Positions 1 through 9,647 of a stretch of 64,000 bases of DNA are shown piece by piece; the stretch's first letter is position 1; each line of letters starts with the position of its first letter. The notes under the pieces were generated by a model. That model was not told the DNA's origin. It made no database searches and worked only from the letters and a program-made list of their open reading frames with translations. Made by a program: the position numbers and the translations under genes. The stretch covers positions 352,001-416,000 of the forward strand of contig CAVPHD010000004.1 in assembly GCA_963704165.1 (NCBI GenBank). The letters run 5' to 3'. Origin of the DNA: an uncultured delta proteobacterium (lineage in GTDB: Bacteria > Myxococcota_A > UBA9160 > SZUA-336).

Positions 1-1070
1 CCCTGCATGCGTTGCCGCGATGCAGAATCGGTCCAGATGAACTGCAGTGCCAACCCCTGGGCGTGGTCGTCGCGCAGCACGGAGGCCTCGACCAGGAACG
101 GTTCGTCGCGCGCGGAGAGCTGAATCGCCAGCTTGAGCCGACCGCCGACGCAGAGACCCTCGACGGGCTCGATGCGCATCCCGCCCGTCGAGATGTCTCG
201 ACACATCACCAGATAGGCATTTCCACCTTCCATGGCGGTGACCTTCTTCGTGTAGACCGAACGCCTGTGAGTGCGCGTCGGGCGCTCGGTCACTCGGGTC
301 GCCGGATCGACGACCGACGGTGCGGGGCCTCGGCGCTGCTGGACGGACTTCGAAACGCGGTTCTTCCGTAGCGGCGCGGGGCCGAGCACGTGCTCGGCGA
401 GCACGGCCTGCAGACGCTTCCGCGCATCTCCCTCGATGGGCGCGAAGCGCACGCCGACGAAGCACTCGCCCTCGCTCTCACACTCGGCCTCCTCGGATGC
501 GACGCGCACGACCTGGCCGAGGAGATCGAGCGCGCGACCGCCGGCCAGGGGTTTCGGAAGCTGGACGTTGATCTCGCTCTTCTCCATCACCGGCCGCGAG
601 CACAGCAGACGGCAGCCGCGCAGCGACAAGTCGATCAACGTAGCCTTCTGACGCCAGAAACCGGTCTTGAAGGTGACTCCCTGACCGCAGACGACGCGCG
701 GTGCACGGCGCGAGTCAGAACCGCGAAACAGCGCGCGCTGCACGAGCACGCGGAGCGCGGCCTCGTGCACCGGCATCCGGACGAGGAAGTCGAATCCGGA
801 GGCGCGGAGCGCGGATCTCTGCGACTCCGTTGGATCCCAGACGAAGACGAGCCAGGTGGCGCGCGGGACCGAGCCCTTCACCGATCGCTGAATGCGCAGC
901 GACCGGGCCAGCGTCGCCGATGTGATCAAGAGCGTTTCCGGGTGTTGCACGGGGACGCGCGCGCTCGCTCCGGAGGTTCGCTCGAAGTCCGCACCGAGCT
1001 GTTCGAGAAGTGCGCGGACGGAGTCGAGCTCTCCATCGTCGATCAAGTGAACCGGCGGGACTGCAATCAT
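1..1070 (-). CDS. PilZ-domain protein (degenerate receiver-like N-terminus plus two PilZ domains), runs off the window edge
   Basis: Not in the ORF track because it has no stop inside the window. Manual translation from ATG 1070: MIAVPPVHLIDDGELDSVRALLEQLG...DSRRAPRVVCG...LIDLSLRGCRL...CRDISTGGMRI, with RxxxR and DxSxxG PilZ motifs. Confidence 0.75.
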   Translation of the reverse strand, partial: MIAVPPVHLIDDGELDSVRALLEQLGADFERTSGASARVPVQHPETLLITSATLARSLRIQRSVKGSVPRATWLVFVWDPTESQRSALRASGFDFLVRMPVHEAALRVLVQRALFRGSDSRRAPRVVCGQGVTFKTGFWRQKATLIDLSLRGCRLLCSRPVMEKSEINVQLPKPLAGGRALDLLGQVVRVASEEAECESEGECFVGVRFAPIEGDARKRLQAVLAEHVLGPAPLRKNRVSKSVQQRRGPAPSVVDPATRVTERPTRTHRRSVYTKKVTAMEGGNAYLVMCRDISTGGMRIEPVEGLCVGGRLKLAIQLSARDEPFLVEASVLRDDHAQGLALQFIWTDSASRQRMQ

Positions 1071-1097
1071 TGCGATCTCCGGGTCGGCCTACGCACC

Positions 1098-1125
1098 CGA
1101 TCGGGCGGCCGGCCTGGACGCTTGA
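1098..1125 (-). promoter_or_regulatory. sigma-28 (FliA)-like promoter TCAA-N16-CCCGATCG
   Basis: Reverse strand reads TCAA gcgtccaggccggccg CCCGATCG, 27 nt upstream of the PilZ ATG. Confidence 0.4.
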
Positions 1126-1240
1126 GACGCGAGACCACTCGGCCGACGGTCGTGTCCGACAGGACGCGAGTGGCGTCGCATGGCGACAAAGTGAGGCGGC
1201 GGATGCCCGACCTCACGCGCTCGGTTACACTCGCCCGCGC

Positions 1241-2026
1241 ATGAGCGGAGCGGTGCGTACGGAAAAGGACGGGGCGCTCGGGTTCCTCGTCTTCGATCAC
1301 CCCGCCCGCCGCAACGCGATCTCGGCCGAGATGTGGCGACAGATCCCCGCTGCGGTCGAGACCCTCGAGAAAGACGACGACGTCCGCGTCGTGATCCTCC
1401 GAGGCGAGGGCGACACGGCGTTCGTCTCGGGTGCGGACATCTCGGAGTTCGAGCAGCGCCGCTCGGGCGGCTCCGACGCGGCCGAATACGATCGCGCGGG
1501 CGGCGAAGCGTACCGCGCCCTCTCCGGAATCGACAAGCCGACCCTGGCGATGATCCACGGCTTCTGCGTCGGCGGCGGCGTCGCGGTCGCGCTCTGTGCC
1601 GATCTGCGCTTCGCCTCGGACGAGGCGCGCTTCGCCATCCCCGCCGCCAAGCTCGGTCTCGGCTACGGCGCCGGCCTGCTCGAGCCGCTGCTGCGCCTCG
1701 TGGGCAGCGCGCGCGCGCTCGAGATCCTCTACACCGCACGGCGTTATCGCGCGGACGAAGCGCTCGAAATGGGGCTCGTGAATGCGATCGCGCCCAAGGT
1801 GGTGCTCGAATCGGTCGTGCGTGAGACCGCGGATCGGATCGCGGCGAATGCACCTCTCACGCTGCGCGGCGTGAAGATCGCCGCGCGGGAGCTCGGCCGG
1901 GACGTCGCGCTTCGAGACCGGGCGCGGATGGAAGCCGCGACGCTCGCGTGCTACGAGAGCGACGACTACCGCGAGGGCGTGCGGGCGTTTCTCGAGAAAC
2001 GCAAGCCGCTGTTCAAGGGACGCTGA
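1241..2026 (+). CDS. Enoyl-CoA hydratase/isomerase (crotonase) family protein
   Basis: ATG 1241 (MSGAVRTEKDG). Crotonase motifs AFVSGADISEF, IHGFCVGGG, and C-terminal EGVRAFLEKRKPLFKGR. Confidence 0.92.
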   Translation: MSGAVRTEKDGALGFLVFDHPARRNAISAEMWRQIPAAVETLEKDDDVRVVILRGEGDTAFVSGADISEFEQRRSGGSDAAEYDRAGGEAYRALSGIDKPTLAMIHGFCVGGGVAVALCADLRFASDEARFAIPAAKLGLGYGAGLLEPLLRLVGSARALEILYTARRYRADEALEMGLVNAIAPKVVLESVVRETADRIAANAPLTLRGVKIAARELGRDVALRDRARMEAATLACYESDDYREGVRAFLEKRKPLFKGR

Positions 2027-2651
2027 CGGACGTCTCCTCGCGCGCGACGCCCGGAAGCTCCGCCGGCACGTGCTCGGCGATCCGCGAGAGGCTGCGGTTG
2101 CGCGAGAGGAGATCGACGATCACCGCTGCGGGACGCGTCCAGATCAACGGGTAGATCCACTCCCCGCGGGACGGATCGGCCGCGACCGCGAGTCGTGGCG
2201 CATCGATCGAGAATTCCGCATCGAGCCCCGGCTTGTTCCCGCGTGCGTCGAGCAGGATCCACCGCTCGCGGCTCGGCAGATAGACGCCGTTGAAGCCGTA
2301 GAGCAGGGTCTCCGTTCCTTCCGTCGAGCGCCGCAGGACCTGATAGCCAAACCCCGCGGGAACACCGACCGCGCGCAGCAACGCCGCGAGCAGGTGGCTC
2401 TTCGAGAAGCCGATTCCCGTGCCGGCCGCGAGCACTTCGCTCGCGCGGCAAGGCAGCTCGTCGCGCCCGGCATCCGCGGTGTGCTCGATCCGATCGCGAA
2501 CGAAGGCGAACACCGAGCGTGCCTTCGACACGTCGTCGGTGCAGCCCTCCGCGAGCTCGCGCGCCTTCTCCGTCACGGGTGGCGTCTGCCAGTCGATCGT
2601 GATCGTGTCCTCGACGTAGCCCTGCCAGCGCGGAGTTTCCGGACGCAGCAC
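2013..2651 (-). CDS. Transglutaminase-like domain protein
   Basis: FAFVRDRIEH, GTGIGFSKSHLLAALLRAVGVPAGFGYQ and WILLDARGNKPG fit the family. The usual catalytic Cys and His positions appear substituted. Confidence 0.8.
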   Translation of the reverse strand: MLRPETPRWQGYVEDTITIDWQTPPVTEKARELAEGCTDDVSKARSVFAFVRDRIEHTADAGRDELPCRASEVLAAGTGIGFSKSHLLAALLRAVGVPAGFGYQVLRRSTEGTETLLYGFNGVYLPSRERWILLDARGNKPGLDAEFSIDAPRLAVAADPSRGEWIYPLIWTRPAAVIVDLLSRNRSLSRIAEHVPAELPGVAREETSVSVP

Positions 2652-2658
2652 CGGCCGC

Positions 2659-3111
2659 TCAGCTCTCGGGAACGACGGAAACGTGCGTCTTCACCGAGTT
2701 CGCGATGAAGCACTCGCGGTGCGAGACCTCGTGCATGCGCGCGAGATCCTCCGCCGTCGGGAGCTTCTCGCCCGAGAAGATCACGCGCGGGTGGAGCTCC
2801 ACTCGCGTGATCGCGAGCTTCCCGTCCTCGTTCTTCTCCATGTGGCCGACGGCGTCGTCCGTGTAGCTCTCGACCACGAAGCGACGTCGCGCCGCGACCG
2901 CGAGGAACGTCAGCATGTGGCAGCTCGAGAGAGCGGCCACCAGCGCCTCCTCCGGGTTCGGAAGCTCGGCGCGACCGCGGAACTCGGGTGCGGCCGAGGC
3001 ATCGTGCTCGAGTCCGCCCTCGTACCGCCAACGATGCGTTCGATCGTAGGTTTCGTAGCCGAACGGCTCCGCGCCGCGCGTCCAACGCACCTGCGTGTGG
3101 TGCTCCGACAT
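2659..3111 (-). CDS. OsmC/Ohr family protein
   Basis: ATG 3111 (MSEHHTQVRW). NPEEALVAALSSCHMLTFL and HRECFIANSVK carry the two conserved Cys. Confidence 0.9.
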   Translation of the reverse strand: MSEHHTQVRWTRGAEPFGYETYDRTHRWRYEGGLEHDASAAPEFRGRAELPNPEEALVAALSSCHMLTFLAVAARRRFVVESYTDDAVGHMEKNEDGKLAITRVELHPRVIFSGEKLPTAEDLARMHEVSHRECFIANSVKTHVSVVPES

Positions 3112-3128
3112 CTCTGGTTCCGCCTCCT

Positions 3129-4237
3129 TCAGCGCGGGATTTCCACGTCCTCGCCGATGACGATGTCGCCGGTCTGCTCGTCCTCGAACGACTCGAGCAC
3201 GCTCGTGTCCTCCCAGACCGGGATCTTGTGCTCGGTGTACAGCTCGCGCGTCCGTCGGGTCACCGCGCCGACGCGAACGAGCGCGGGCATCATCAGATCC
3301 TTGAAGGAGTGGATGCTTCCGGGCGGAAGCTTCGCGTTGATCCCGGCGGCGCCCGCCTCGATGATGCCCTTGATGAAGTCCTGCGGGTCGATCCCGACGT
3401 TCTCGAGCACCTTCAGGAAGCCGGGGTCGGCGCGGCGCTGGCCCGTGCCGTCCACGCCGCCCTGCGAATCGACCATCGACTTCACCGCTTCGAACGCGAA
3501 CTGGGCGATGTCCTCGCGCTCGTCCGGGTGCATCGCGGCGATCATCTCCTTCACGTAGACCGTTGCCGAACGCGACGTGCCGCGACTCGTCCTGAAGCAC
3601 GTAGTGCGTCAGGTCCTTGAGGCAGCGGACACGTGGCCTGGCGGCGCATGTTGTGGAACGCGGCCAGCGCGAGCCCCTCGACCACCATGTTCATGCCGAT
3701 CAGGATCTTCACGAAGTGGTTGCCCTGGAGCGTGAGGTCGATGATCTCCTTCAGCCAGGGAGAAATCGGATAGACGATCGCGAGCTTCCGGATGTAGCGC
3801 TCGTACACCTCGACGTGTCGCGCCTCGTCCATGGTCTGGGTCGCGCCGTAGAGCTTCGCCTCGTAATCGGGAACGGCGTGCGTCAGCGTCGCCGCGGTCA
3901 TCAGAGCGCCTTGTTCCCCGTGCAGGAACTGCGAGAGCAGCTGCGCGGTCGCGTGCGCGGTGAACATGTCGCGCTGCGATTGCGAGAGCCGCTGGAAGAA
4001 CGGCACGCGGTGGAACATGAAGCGATCCTCGCCGACGATCGGCTTGGACGGATCGACCTCGACGCTCCAGTCGAGCTGGGAGTCGGCGTCCCACTGACTC
4101 TGCTTCGCCTTGGTGTACAGGTTCCGAAGCTTCTCGATGTCGATCGTGTAGTCGAACTGCCAGGCGACATCCATCGGTGTCTTGTAGGTGTCGAGCACCT
4201 GCCAGTCCATTCGCGGGGCGGCGTTCGGGGTAGCCAT
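3129..4237 (-). CDS. Ferritin-like diiron protein (AurF/ribonucleotide-reductase-like fold), two apparent +1 frameshifts near 3622 and 3560
   Basis: FLHGEQGAL, MDEARHVEV, VVEGLALAAF and, after the frame switch, LQDESRHVAFG give paired ExxH motifs. Continues in ORF 3129..3554. Confidence 0.8.
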
Positions 4238-4890
4238 CAGTCGGGATCCTCCAAGATGTAGCGACAGATCATTTCCGTCAGCCCGTCGAGCACGCGCTCG
4301 GGAGCGGGCTCGGCGACGCGGCGAACCAGAACCTCCGTCGCCGCGATTCGGATCGCGTGACGGATCAGAAACGATGCGGCGAGCGGATCGACGTCCCGCC
4401 GGACCATGCCGCGAAGCTGGCCGTACGCGATCAGGTCGCGCAGACGCTCGATCGCGACCTGATGGATGCGCGCGAGGCGCGAGCGGACCTCGTCGTCGCG
4501 TTCCCCGAGCTCGAGCAGCACGAGATGCAGTCCGCCGTCGCGTCGCAGCTCGTGGTAACGCGCGGCCAGCGCGTCGGCGATCGCGCGGCGCGGGTCGCCG
4601 CCGAGGTAGCGCTCGAAGTCGAGCTCGCTGCGGCTTCGCGCGAGCTGCCGATCGCCCCAGTCGTCGATCAGCGCGAGCAGTAGCGAACGCTTGTCCGGGA
4701 AGTGGTGGTAGAGCGTGCCGACGCCGACCCCGGCGCGCTGCGCGACCTCGGCCATGCCGGTCGCCTCGAATCCGCGGCGCGCGAACAGCGACTCCGCCGC
4801 ACCGAGAAGCTTGCGCCGTGTCGCGATTCCTCGCGCCTGCGGCCGCACGCTGCGCAGGGGGACGACGGAGCCTCGGGGTGGGGGTGACAT
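4237..4890 (-). CDS. TetR/AcrR family transcriptional regulator
   Basis: ATG 4890. HTH segment AAESLFARRGFEATGMAEVAQRAGVGVGTLYHHFPDKRSLL. Stop overlaps the start of the ferritin-like gene. Confidence 0.92.
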   Translation of the reverse strand: MSPPPRGSVVPLRSVRPQARGIATRRKLLGAAESLFARRGFEATGMAEVAQRAGVGVGTLYHHFPDKRSLLLALIDDWGDRQLARSRSELDFERYLGGDPRRAIADALAARYHELRRDGGLHLVLLELGERDDEVRSRLARIHQVAIERLRDLIAYGQLRGMVRRDVDPLAASFLIRHAIRIAATEVLVRRVAEPAPERVLDGLTEMICRYILEDPD

Positions 4891-5070
4891 CGCGCCGCAG
4901 TCTACCCGCCGGAAAAACCGAACACCACCTCGAAATCGGGAGAAAACCCTCCGCAATCGTGAGGAGTTCAGTGTCGACGGCTTCTGGAGGTCCGACCCGA
5001 TCCGGGCCGCCGTCGAAGCCCGTCGGCGGCGTCCTTCGCGGCCGATCGCGGCTCGGCTACCATCGCGCGA

Positions 5071-6114
5071 GTGAGCAGGCTCGCGCTCGTGCTGGTGGCG
5101 GTGATCGTCGCGCTCGGATTGAACGAGCTGGTGCTGCGTGCGTTCTGGGCGAATCCGTTCCGGCACGAGGTTCCGGAGCGGGTTCTCACGCTTCACACCC
5201 AGCACCTGCGGACCGACCATTGGCTGGATCGCGGCATGCTGAAGCTGGAACCGGCGCGGGTTCGTTTTCGCACCGACGACCGCGGCTACATCGAACCGGT
5301 GCGCCGCTTCACCGACCCGGAGTTCACGATCGTCTTCCAGGGTGGCTCCACCACCGAGAGCATGGCGGTCGCGGAGGAGCTGCGCTGGCCGAACCAGGTT
5401 TCGGTTCAGCTCGAAGCGCGCGGCTTCCGCGTGAACTCGCTGAACAACGGGCGCTCCGGCGGCAGCGCGCACGATTCGCTGGTGAATCTGCTCCAGTTCA
5501 TCGTCGAGGACCGCCCCGACGTGGCCCTGCTGATGAATGCGATCAACGACGTGGGTCTCCTGGGTGGCGACGGCTATGGCGTTCGCACCGCGAAGCCCGA
5601 AGGCGATCTCGTGGGCCTTCGCTGGCTGCTCCAGGCGGGGTCCCGGCACTCGTCGCTGATCGGGTTGATTCGGAAGGTCACGTCGATCTCGCCGCTGCGG
5701 AGCACGCGCGAGGCCTCGGCTCCGCTCGCGACGCGCAGGCCCGCCGAGACGCGGCCTTACGAGGCGCGAATCCGCTCCTGGGTGCGCACGTGCCGAGCCT
5801 TCGGGATCGAGCCCGTGCTCGTCACCGAGCCTCTCGCCGCGATGCGAAACGAGCTCACGCCCGATTGGGCCGACGCCGGAGGTCTCGAGGAGTTCAACGC
5901 CGTCGTGCGCCGGGTCGCGCGGGAAGAGGGCGCGTCCCTGATCGACCTGGTCGAGCGGATGATGCAGGAGCCGGACTGGGCGGAGCCGTCTCGGCTCTAC
6001 TACGACGGCATGCACGTGAACGACCACGGCTCCGTCGTCTACGGCCGGATCGTCGCCGAGGCGCTGGCGACCGATGTCCTCCCGCGCCTGCGGGTCTCGC
6101 GGGGCGAACGCTAG
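5071..6114 (+). CDS. SGNH/GDSL hydrolase family protein, N-terminal membrane anchor
   Basis: GGSTTES block I, MNAIND block III, YDGMHVNDHG block V, hydrophobic N-terminus. Confidence 0.8.
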   Translation: MSRLALVLVAVIVALGLNELVLRAFWANPFRHEVPERVLTLHTQHLRTDHWLDRGMLKLEPARVRFRTDDRGYIEPVRRFTDPEFTIVFQGGSTTESMAVAEELRWPNQVSVQLEARGFRVNSLNNGRSGGSAHDSLVNLLQFIVEDRPDVALLMNAINDVGLLGGDGYGVRTAKPEGDLVGLRWLLQAGSRHSSLIGLIRKVTSISPLRSTREASAPLATRRPAETRPYEARIRSWVRTCRAFGIEPVLVTEPLAAMRNELTPDWADAGGLEEFNAVVRRVAREEGASLIDLVERMMQEPDWAEPSRLYYDGMHVNDHGSVVYGRIVAEALATDVLPRLRVSRGER

Positions 6115-6127
6115 CGACGCGAGCTCG

Positions 6128-7474
6128 TCAGAGCGCTCGGAAGTGGATCGGCAAGCCGTCCCTGGGCCTCGAGATCGGCGCCTGCTGAATCGGCATGGTG
6201 TAGCCGTCCGGAACCTCGAAGCGATAACGCAGGAGCAGCTGGTGCATGACCAGACGCACCTGTGTCTCGGCGAAGCGACGCCCCAGACACATATGCGGCC
6301 CCCCGCCGAAGGGGATCCACACGTGGGTGTGTCGCTCGTGCTCGGCGCGACCCGGGGCGAAGCGCTCGGGATCCCAACGGAACGGGTCCGGCCAGTGCTC
6401 CGCCATGTGGTGAGTGTGGATCGGCGAGACGATCACCATGCTGTTCGCGGGAATCCGGTAGCCGCCGAAGTCGAAGTCCGAGGTCGCGACCCGAGGAATC
6501 ACCGGCAACGGCGGGTAGCGTCGGAGCGTCTCGTTCATCGCCAGGGTCAGCGACTCGAGCCGGCCGAGCTCGTCGAACGCCGGTTCTTCGTTCCCGAGGT
6601 TCCGGCTCTCGTCGCGAACGCGTTCCTGCCAGTCCGGGTGTCTGGCCAGCTCGTAGGTGAGGGACGTCAGCGTGCTCGTGGTCGTGTCGTGTGCGGCCAT
6701 CATCAGGAAGATCATGTGGTCGAGCACGTCGTCGTCGGCGAGCGCATCGCCTTCCTCGCTGCGTGCGCGGCAGAGCCGACTGAACATGTCGGGTGCCCGT
6801 CCCGCGCGTTTCTCGTCGAGCATCGCGCCGAGAAACCCGAGCATGAACTCGCGACCGCGCAGGCCGCGGTAGAACTCGAGGCCCGGAATGCGAAGTCGGA
6901 CGAGCGACATCGATGCCGTCACCATGTCCTCGAAGGCCTGATTCATCTTCGTCGTCGAGGGACCGAGCTCGACGCCGATGAAGATCGATGCCGCGAGCTC
7001 GAGGGTGAGTCGCTTGTAGGCGTGAAACGCAAGCGTGCTCGCGCCGCCCGCGCCCCAGTCTGCAATGCCAGACGCAATTCGCGGACCCATCCGCTCGGTG
7101 TACTCGCGCAGCACCGGTCGTGTGAACGCCTCGTGCATGATCTTGCGCTGATGGACGTGCTCCGATCCGTCTCGCAGGAGCAGGCCGTTCGGGAAGATCC
7201 TTCCCATGATCTGGGTCCACGGCCGCCGCGACGAGAAGATCTGCTCCCGATCGAGCAGGACCGTGCGGTTCGCGTCCGGACCGAAGAGGTGGATGAATCG
7301 GAACGGTCCCCCGCCGATCTGGGCCACCACCGGGCCGTGTTCTGCGTACTGAGCCGAGAGGTTGGAGAGCATGTCCACGCGTCCACCGCCGCCGAGCGCG
7401 AGCGCACGCAATCCGCGCAGGAGCGAGACGCGCGGGATCTTCGGGCGGGTGGTGTTCGTCTTCATGGTCGTCAT
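6128..7474 (-). CDS. Cytochrome P450
   Basis: ATG 7474. I-helix AAHDTTT, ETLR (ExxR), DPERF, heme motif PFGGGPHMCLG. Confidence 0.95.
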   Translation of the reverse strand: MTTMKTNTTRPKIPRVSLLRGLRALALGGGGRVDMLSNLSAQYAEHGPVVAQIGGGPFRFIHLFGPDANRTVLLDREQIFSSRRPWTQIMGRIFPNGLLLRDGSEHVHQRKIMHEAFTRPVLREYTERMGPRIASGIADWGAGGASTLAFHAYKRLTLELAASIFIGVELGPSTTKMNQAFEDMVTASMSLVRLRIPGLEFYRGLRGREFMLGFLGAMLDEKRAGRAPDMFSRLCRARSEEGDALADDDVLDHMIFLMMAAHDTTTSTLTSLTYELARHPDWQERVRDESRNLGNEEPAFDELGRLESLTLAMNETLRRYPPLPVIPRVATSDFDFGGYRIPANSMVIVSPIHTHHMAEHWPDPFRWDPERFAPGRAEHERHTHVWIPFGGGPHMCLGRRFAETQVRLVMHQLLLRYRFEVPDGYTMPIQQAPISRPRDGLPIHFRAL

Positions 7475-7491
7475 TCTGCCGGTTCCCGGGC

Positions 7492-8763
7492 TCAGCGCCG
7501 GCTCACGGGACCGGTCGGCGGGCGCGCGCGGAGCTCGGGGGCATGCCGGTGGATGCGAGCGAACGCCTCGAGCAGGTCGTCGACGTCGGCGTCGTTTCCG
7601 AGGAAGAGCTCGTGCGAGAGCCAGATCGACTCGTCGGCGGCTGCGCGCTGCGCGACGGGGAAACGCTGGCCGGCATACGAGATGCCCGCGCGCGACAGCG
7701 GATTGGTGTAGGGATCGGAGGAGAAGAGCGCGTCGTCGACCAGGGGCGTGTAGAAACGGCCGGAGCAGGGCACACCCTCGGCGCGAAGCGCCAGGATCAC
7801 GTGGTCTCGCGGCACGGCCGAGAACTCGCTCGGGTCGTAGCGAAGCACGAGCTGGTAGCTCGTTCGCTCGGTGACGCGCGCGTCGCGCTGGAGCGGACGC
7901 AGGCCGGGCACCCGGGCGATCTCGCGCTCGAAGCGCTCCACCTGCCGGGTCCGCCGTGCGTTCTGTCCCGGGAGACGCTCGAGCTGCGCGCGCGCGAGGG
8001 CCGCCTGGAACTCGGTCATGCGCAGGTTGTGGCCGAGCATCTGTTCGGGGAAGCCGTCGGAGCCGCTCTCCTTGCGGCCGCAGTTCACCAGCGACCAGAG
8101 ACGGGAGGCGATCGTTGCATCGCTGGTCGTGACGGCTCCGCCTTCGCCCGAGCTCAGGAGCTTCGTGCTCTGCAGCGAGAACGAGCCGAGATGTCCGAGT
8201 GACCCCGCGCGCCTGTCCCGCCAGCGGGCGCCGTGCGCGTGCGCGCAGTCCTCGACCACGAGGAGCGACCGGCGCTCGGCCAGCGTCCCGATCGCGTCCA
8301 TGTCGGCGAGCGAGCACGCCAGGTGCACGGGCAGGATCGCGGCGGTTCGCGGCGAGAGTCCGGCCTCGATGCGGCTCGGGTCGAGACAGTACGAATCCGG
8401 ATCGATGTCGACGAAAACCGGCACGCAGCCCGCCGCGATGATTCCACCCGCGGTACCCACGAACGTGTAGACGGACGTGATGACCTCGGAGCCGGGCGGA
8501 ACACGCGCCGCCTGCAGTGCGAGCATGAGCGAGAACGTGCCGTTTGCGCAGGGCACGGCGTGTTCGGTGCCGATGAACGCAGCGAACTCGCGCGAGAACG
8601 CCCAGCCCTCCGTGTTCGGGCTCGGATGGCCGCCCCAATTGCCGGAGTCGAGCACGCGCAGCACGGCATCGCGCTCGGGTTCGCCGTGCTCGGGCCACGC
8701 CGGCCAGGGCCGGGTGCGCACGGGCGGACCGCCGTGGATCGCGAGCGCGGTCATCGCTGCCAT
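7492..8763 (-). CDS. DegT/DnrJ/EryC1/StrS family PLP aminotransferase
   Basis: ANGTFSL, VEDCAHAHGA, SFSLQSTKLLSSGEGGAV (PLP Lys), NLRMTEFQAAL. GAGGAG RBS before ATG 8763. Confidence 0.92.
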   Translation of the reverse strand: MAAMTALAIHGGPPVRTRPWPAWPEHGEPERDAVLRVLDSGNWGGHPSPNTEGWAFSREFAAFIGTEHAVPCANGTFSLMLALQAARVPPGSEVITSVYTFVGTAGGIIAAGCVPVFVDIDPDSYCLDPSRIEAGLSPRTAAILPVHLACSLADMDAIGTLAERRSLLVVEDCAHAHGARWRDRRAGSLGHLGSFSLQSTKLLSSGEGGAVTTSDATIASRLWSLVNCGRKESGSDGFPEQMLGHNLRMTEFQAALARAQLERLPGQNARRTRQVERFEREIARVPGLRPLQRDARVTERTSYQLVLRYDPSEFSAVPRDHVILALRAEGVPCSGRFYTPLVDDALFSSDPYTNPLSRAGISYAGQRFPVAQRAAADESIWLSHELFLGNDADVDDLLEAFARIHRHAPELRARPPTGPVSRR

Positions 8764-8836
8764 GGCTCCTCTCGTGACGCGCACACTCTACCACGCGGTT
8801 TTGACACTCCGAGCGAGCCCCATGTAGGCTCCGCGC

Positions 8837-9647
8837 GTGCCCCAGAAGTACGTCCACGTCGGTGGCGTGGCGACGTTCCTCCGACACGTCGGTCCGACGA
8901 CGCTGCCCGAGCGCCCGCCCCTCGTCACGAGCGGTGAGGCCGTCGTCTGCCTGCACGGATCGAGCGGGAACTCGGGGGTGTTCTCGGATCTGCTCGCGCG
9001 TCTCGAGCCGGCGCATAGTCCGATCGCCTTCGATCGCCCCGGACACGCGCGTTCGGGCGGACTCGACAGCCTGGCCGTCGATCGCGGGCATGAGCGAATT
9101 CACGCGCGCGTTCTGCGCCGCGCTCGGCATCGAGCGCTGCGTTCTGCTCGGCTCGTCGATGGGAGGATGCATCGCGCTCGAGACCGCGCTCGTCGCGCCC
9201 GCGCTCGTGAAGGCGCTCGTTCTCGTCGGCGCGGGAGCGCGCTTGCGACGATCAGCGACGACGCGCTCGAGAAGCTGCGTCTGGTCACCGAGGGAAAGGC
9301 GCGGCGCGAATTCGACCGCGGCGCCTACTCGCCCGCACGCCTCGCCGGACGTGATGCGCCGCGGCTTCATGGAGGACCTGAAGACGGATCCGCGGGTCGT
9401 CTACGGAAACGCCCTTGCGCTGCGCGGCTGGAGCCGCGTCGCCGATCTCGGGCGGATCGCGTGCCCGACGCTCGTCGTCGTCGGCGAGGACGACACCGAG
9501 ATGCGAAGCGAGTCGGAGCGGCTGGCTTCGGAGATCCGGGGCGCCCGGAGGGTCGTCGTGCCGAAGTGCGGTCACGGCGTCGCGCGCGAGCAGCCCGAGG
9601 CGCTGGCCGACGCGGTGCTGTCCTTTCTCTCCGGGCTGTCGCGGTGA
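8837..9647 (+). CDS. Alpha/beta hydrolase, several apparent frameshifts
   Basis: CLHGSSG and DRPGHARSG in one frame. LLGSSMGG (GxSxG), PTLVVVGEDD and CGHGVAREQP in another. Confidence 0.8.

Noticed and set aside
3540..3630. Programmed ribosomal frameshifting or phase variation at the many frame switches
   Set aside because: There are no canonical slippery heptamers or long homopolymers, and indels are scattered over unrelated genes, which fits sequencing error better.
4891..5070. Possible TetR operator in the A-rich region upstream of tetR
   Set aside because: I could not identify a convincing inverted repeat.
6128..9370. 1080-aa ORF suggesting a large P450 fusion
   Set aside because: Only the last 448 aa are P450. 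The upstream part overlaps the aminotransferase in another frame.
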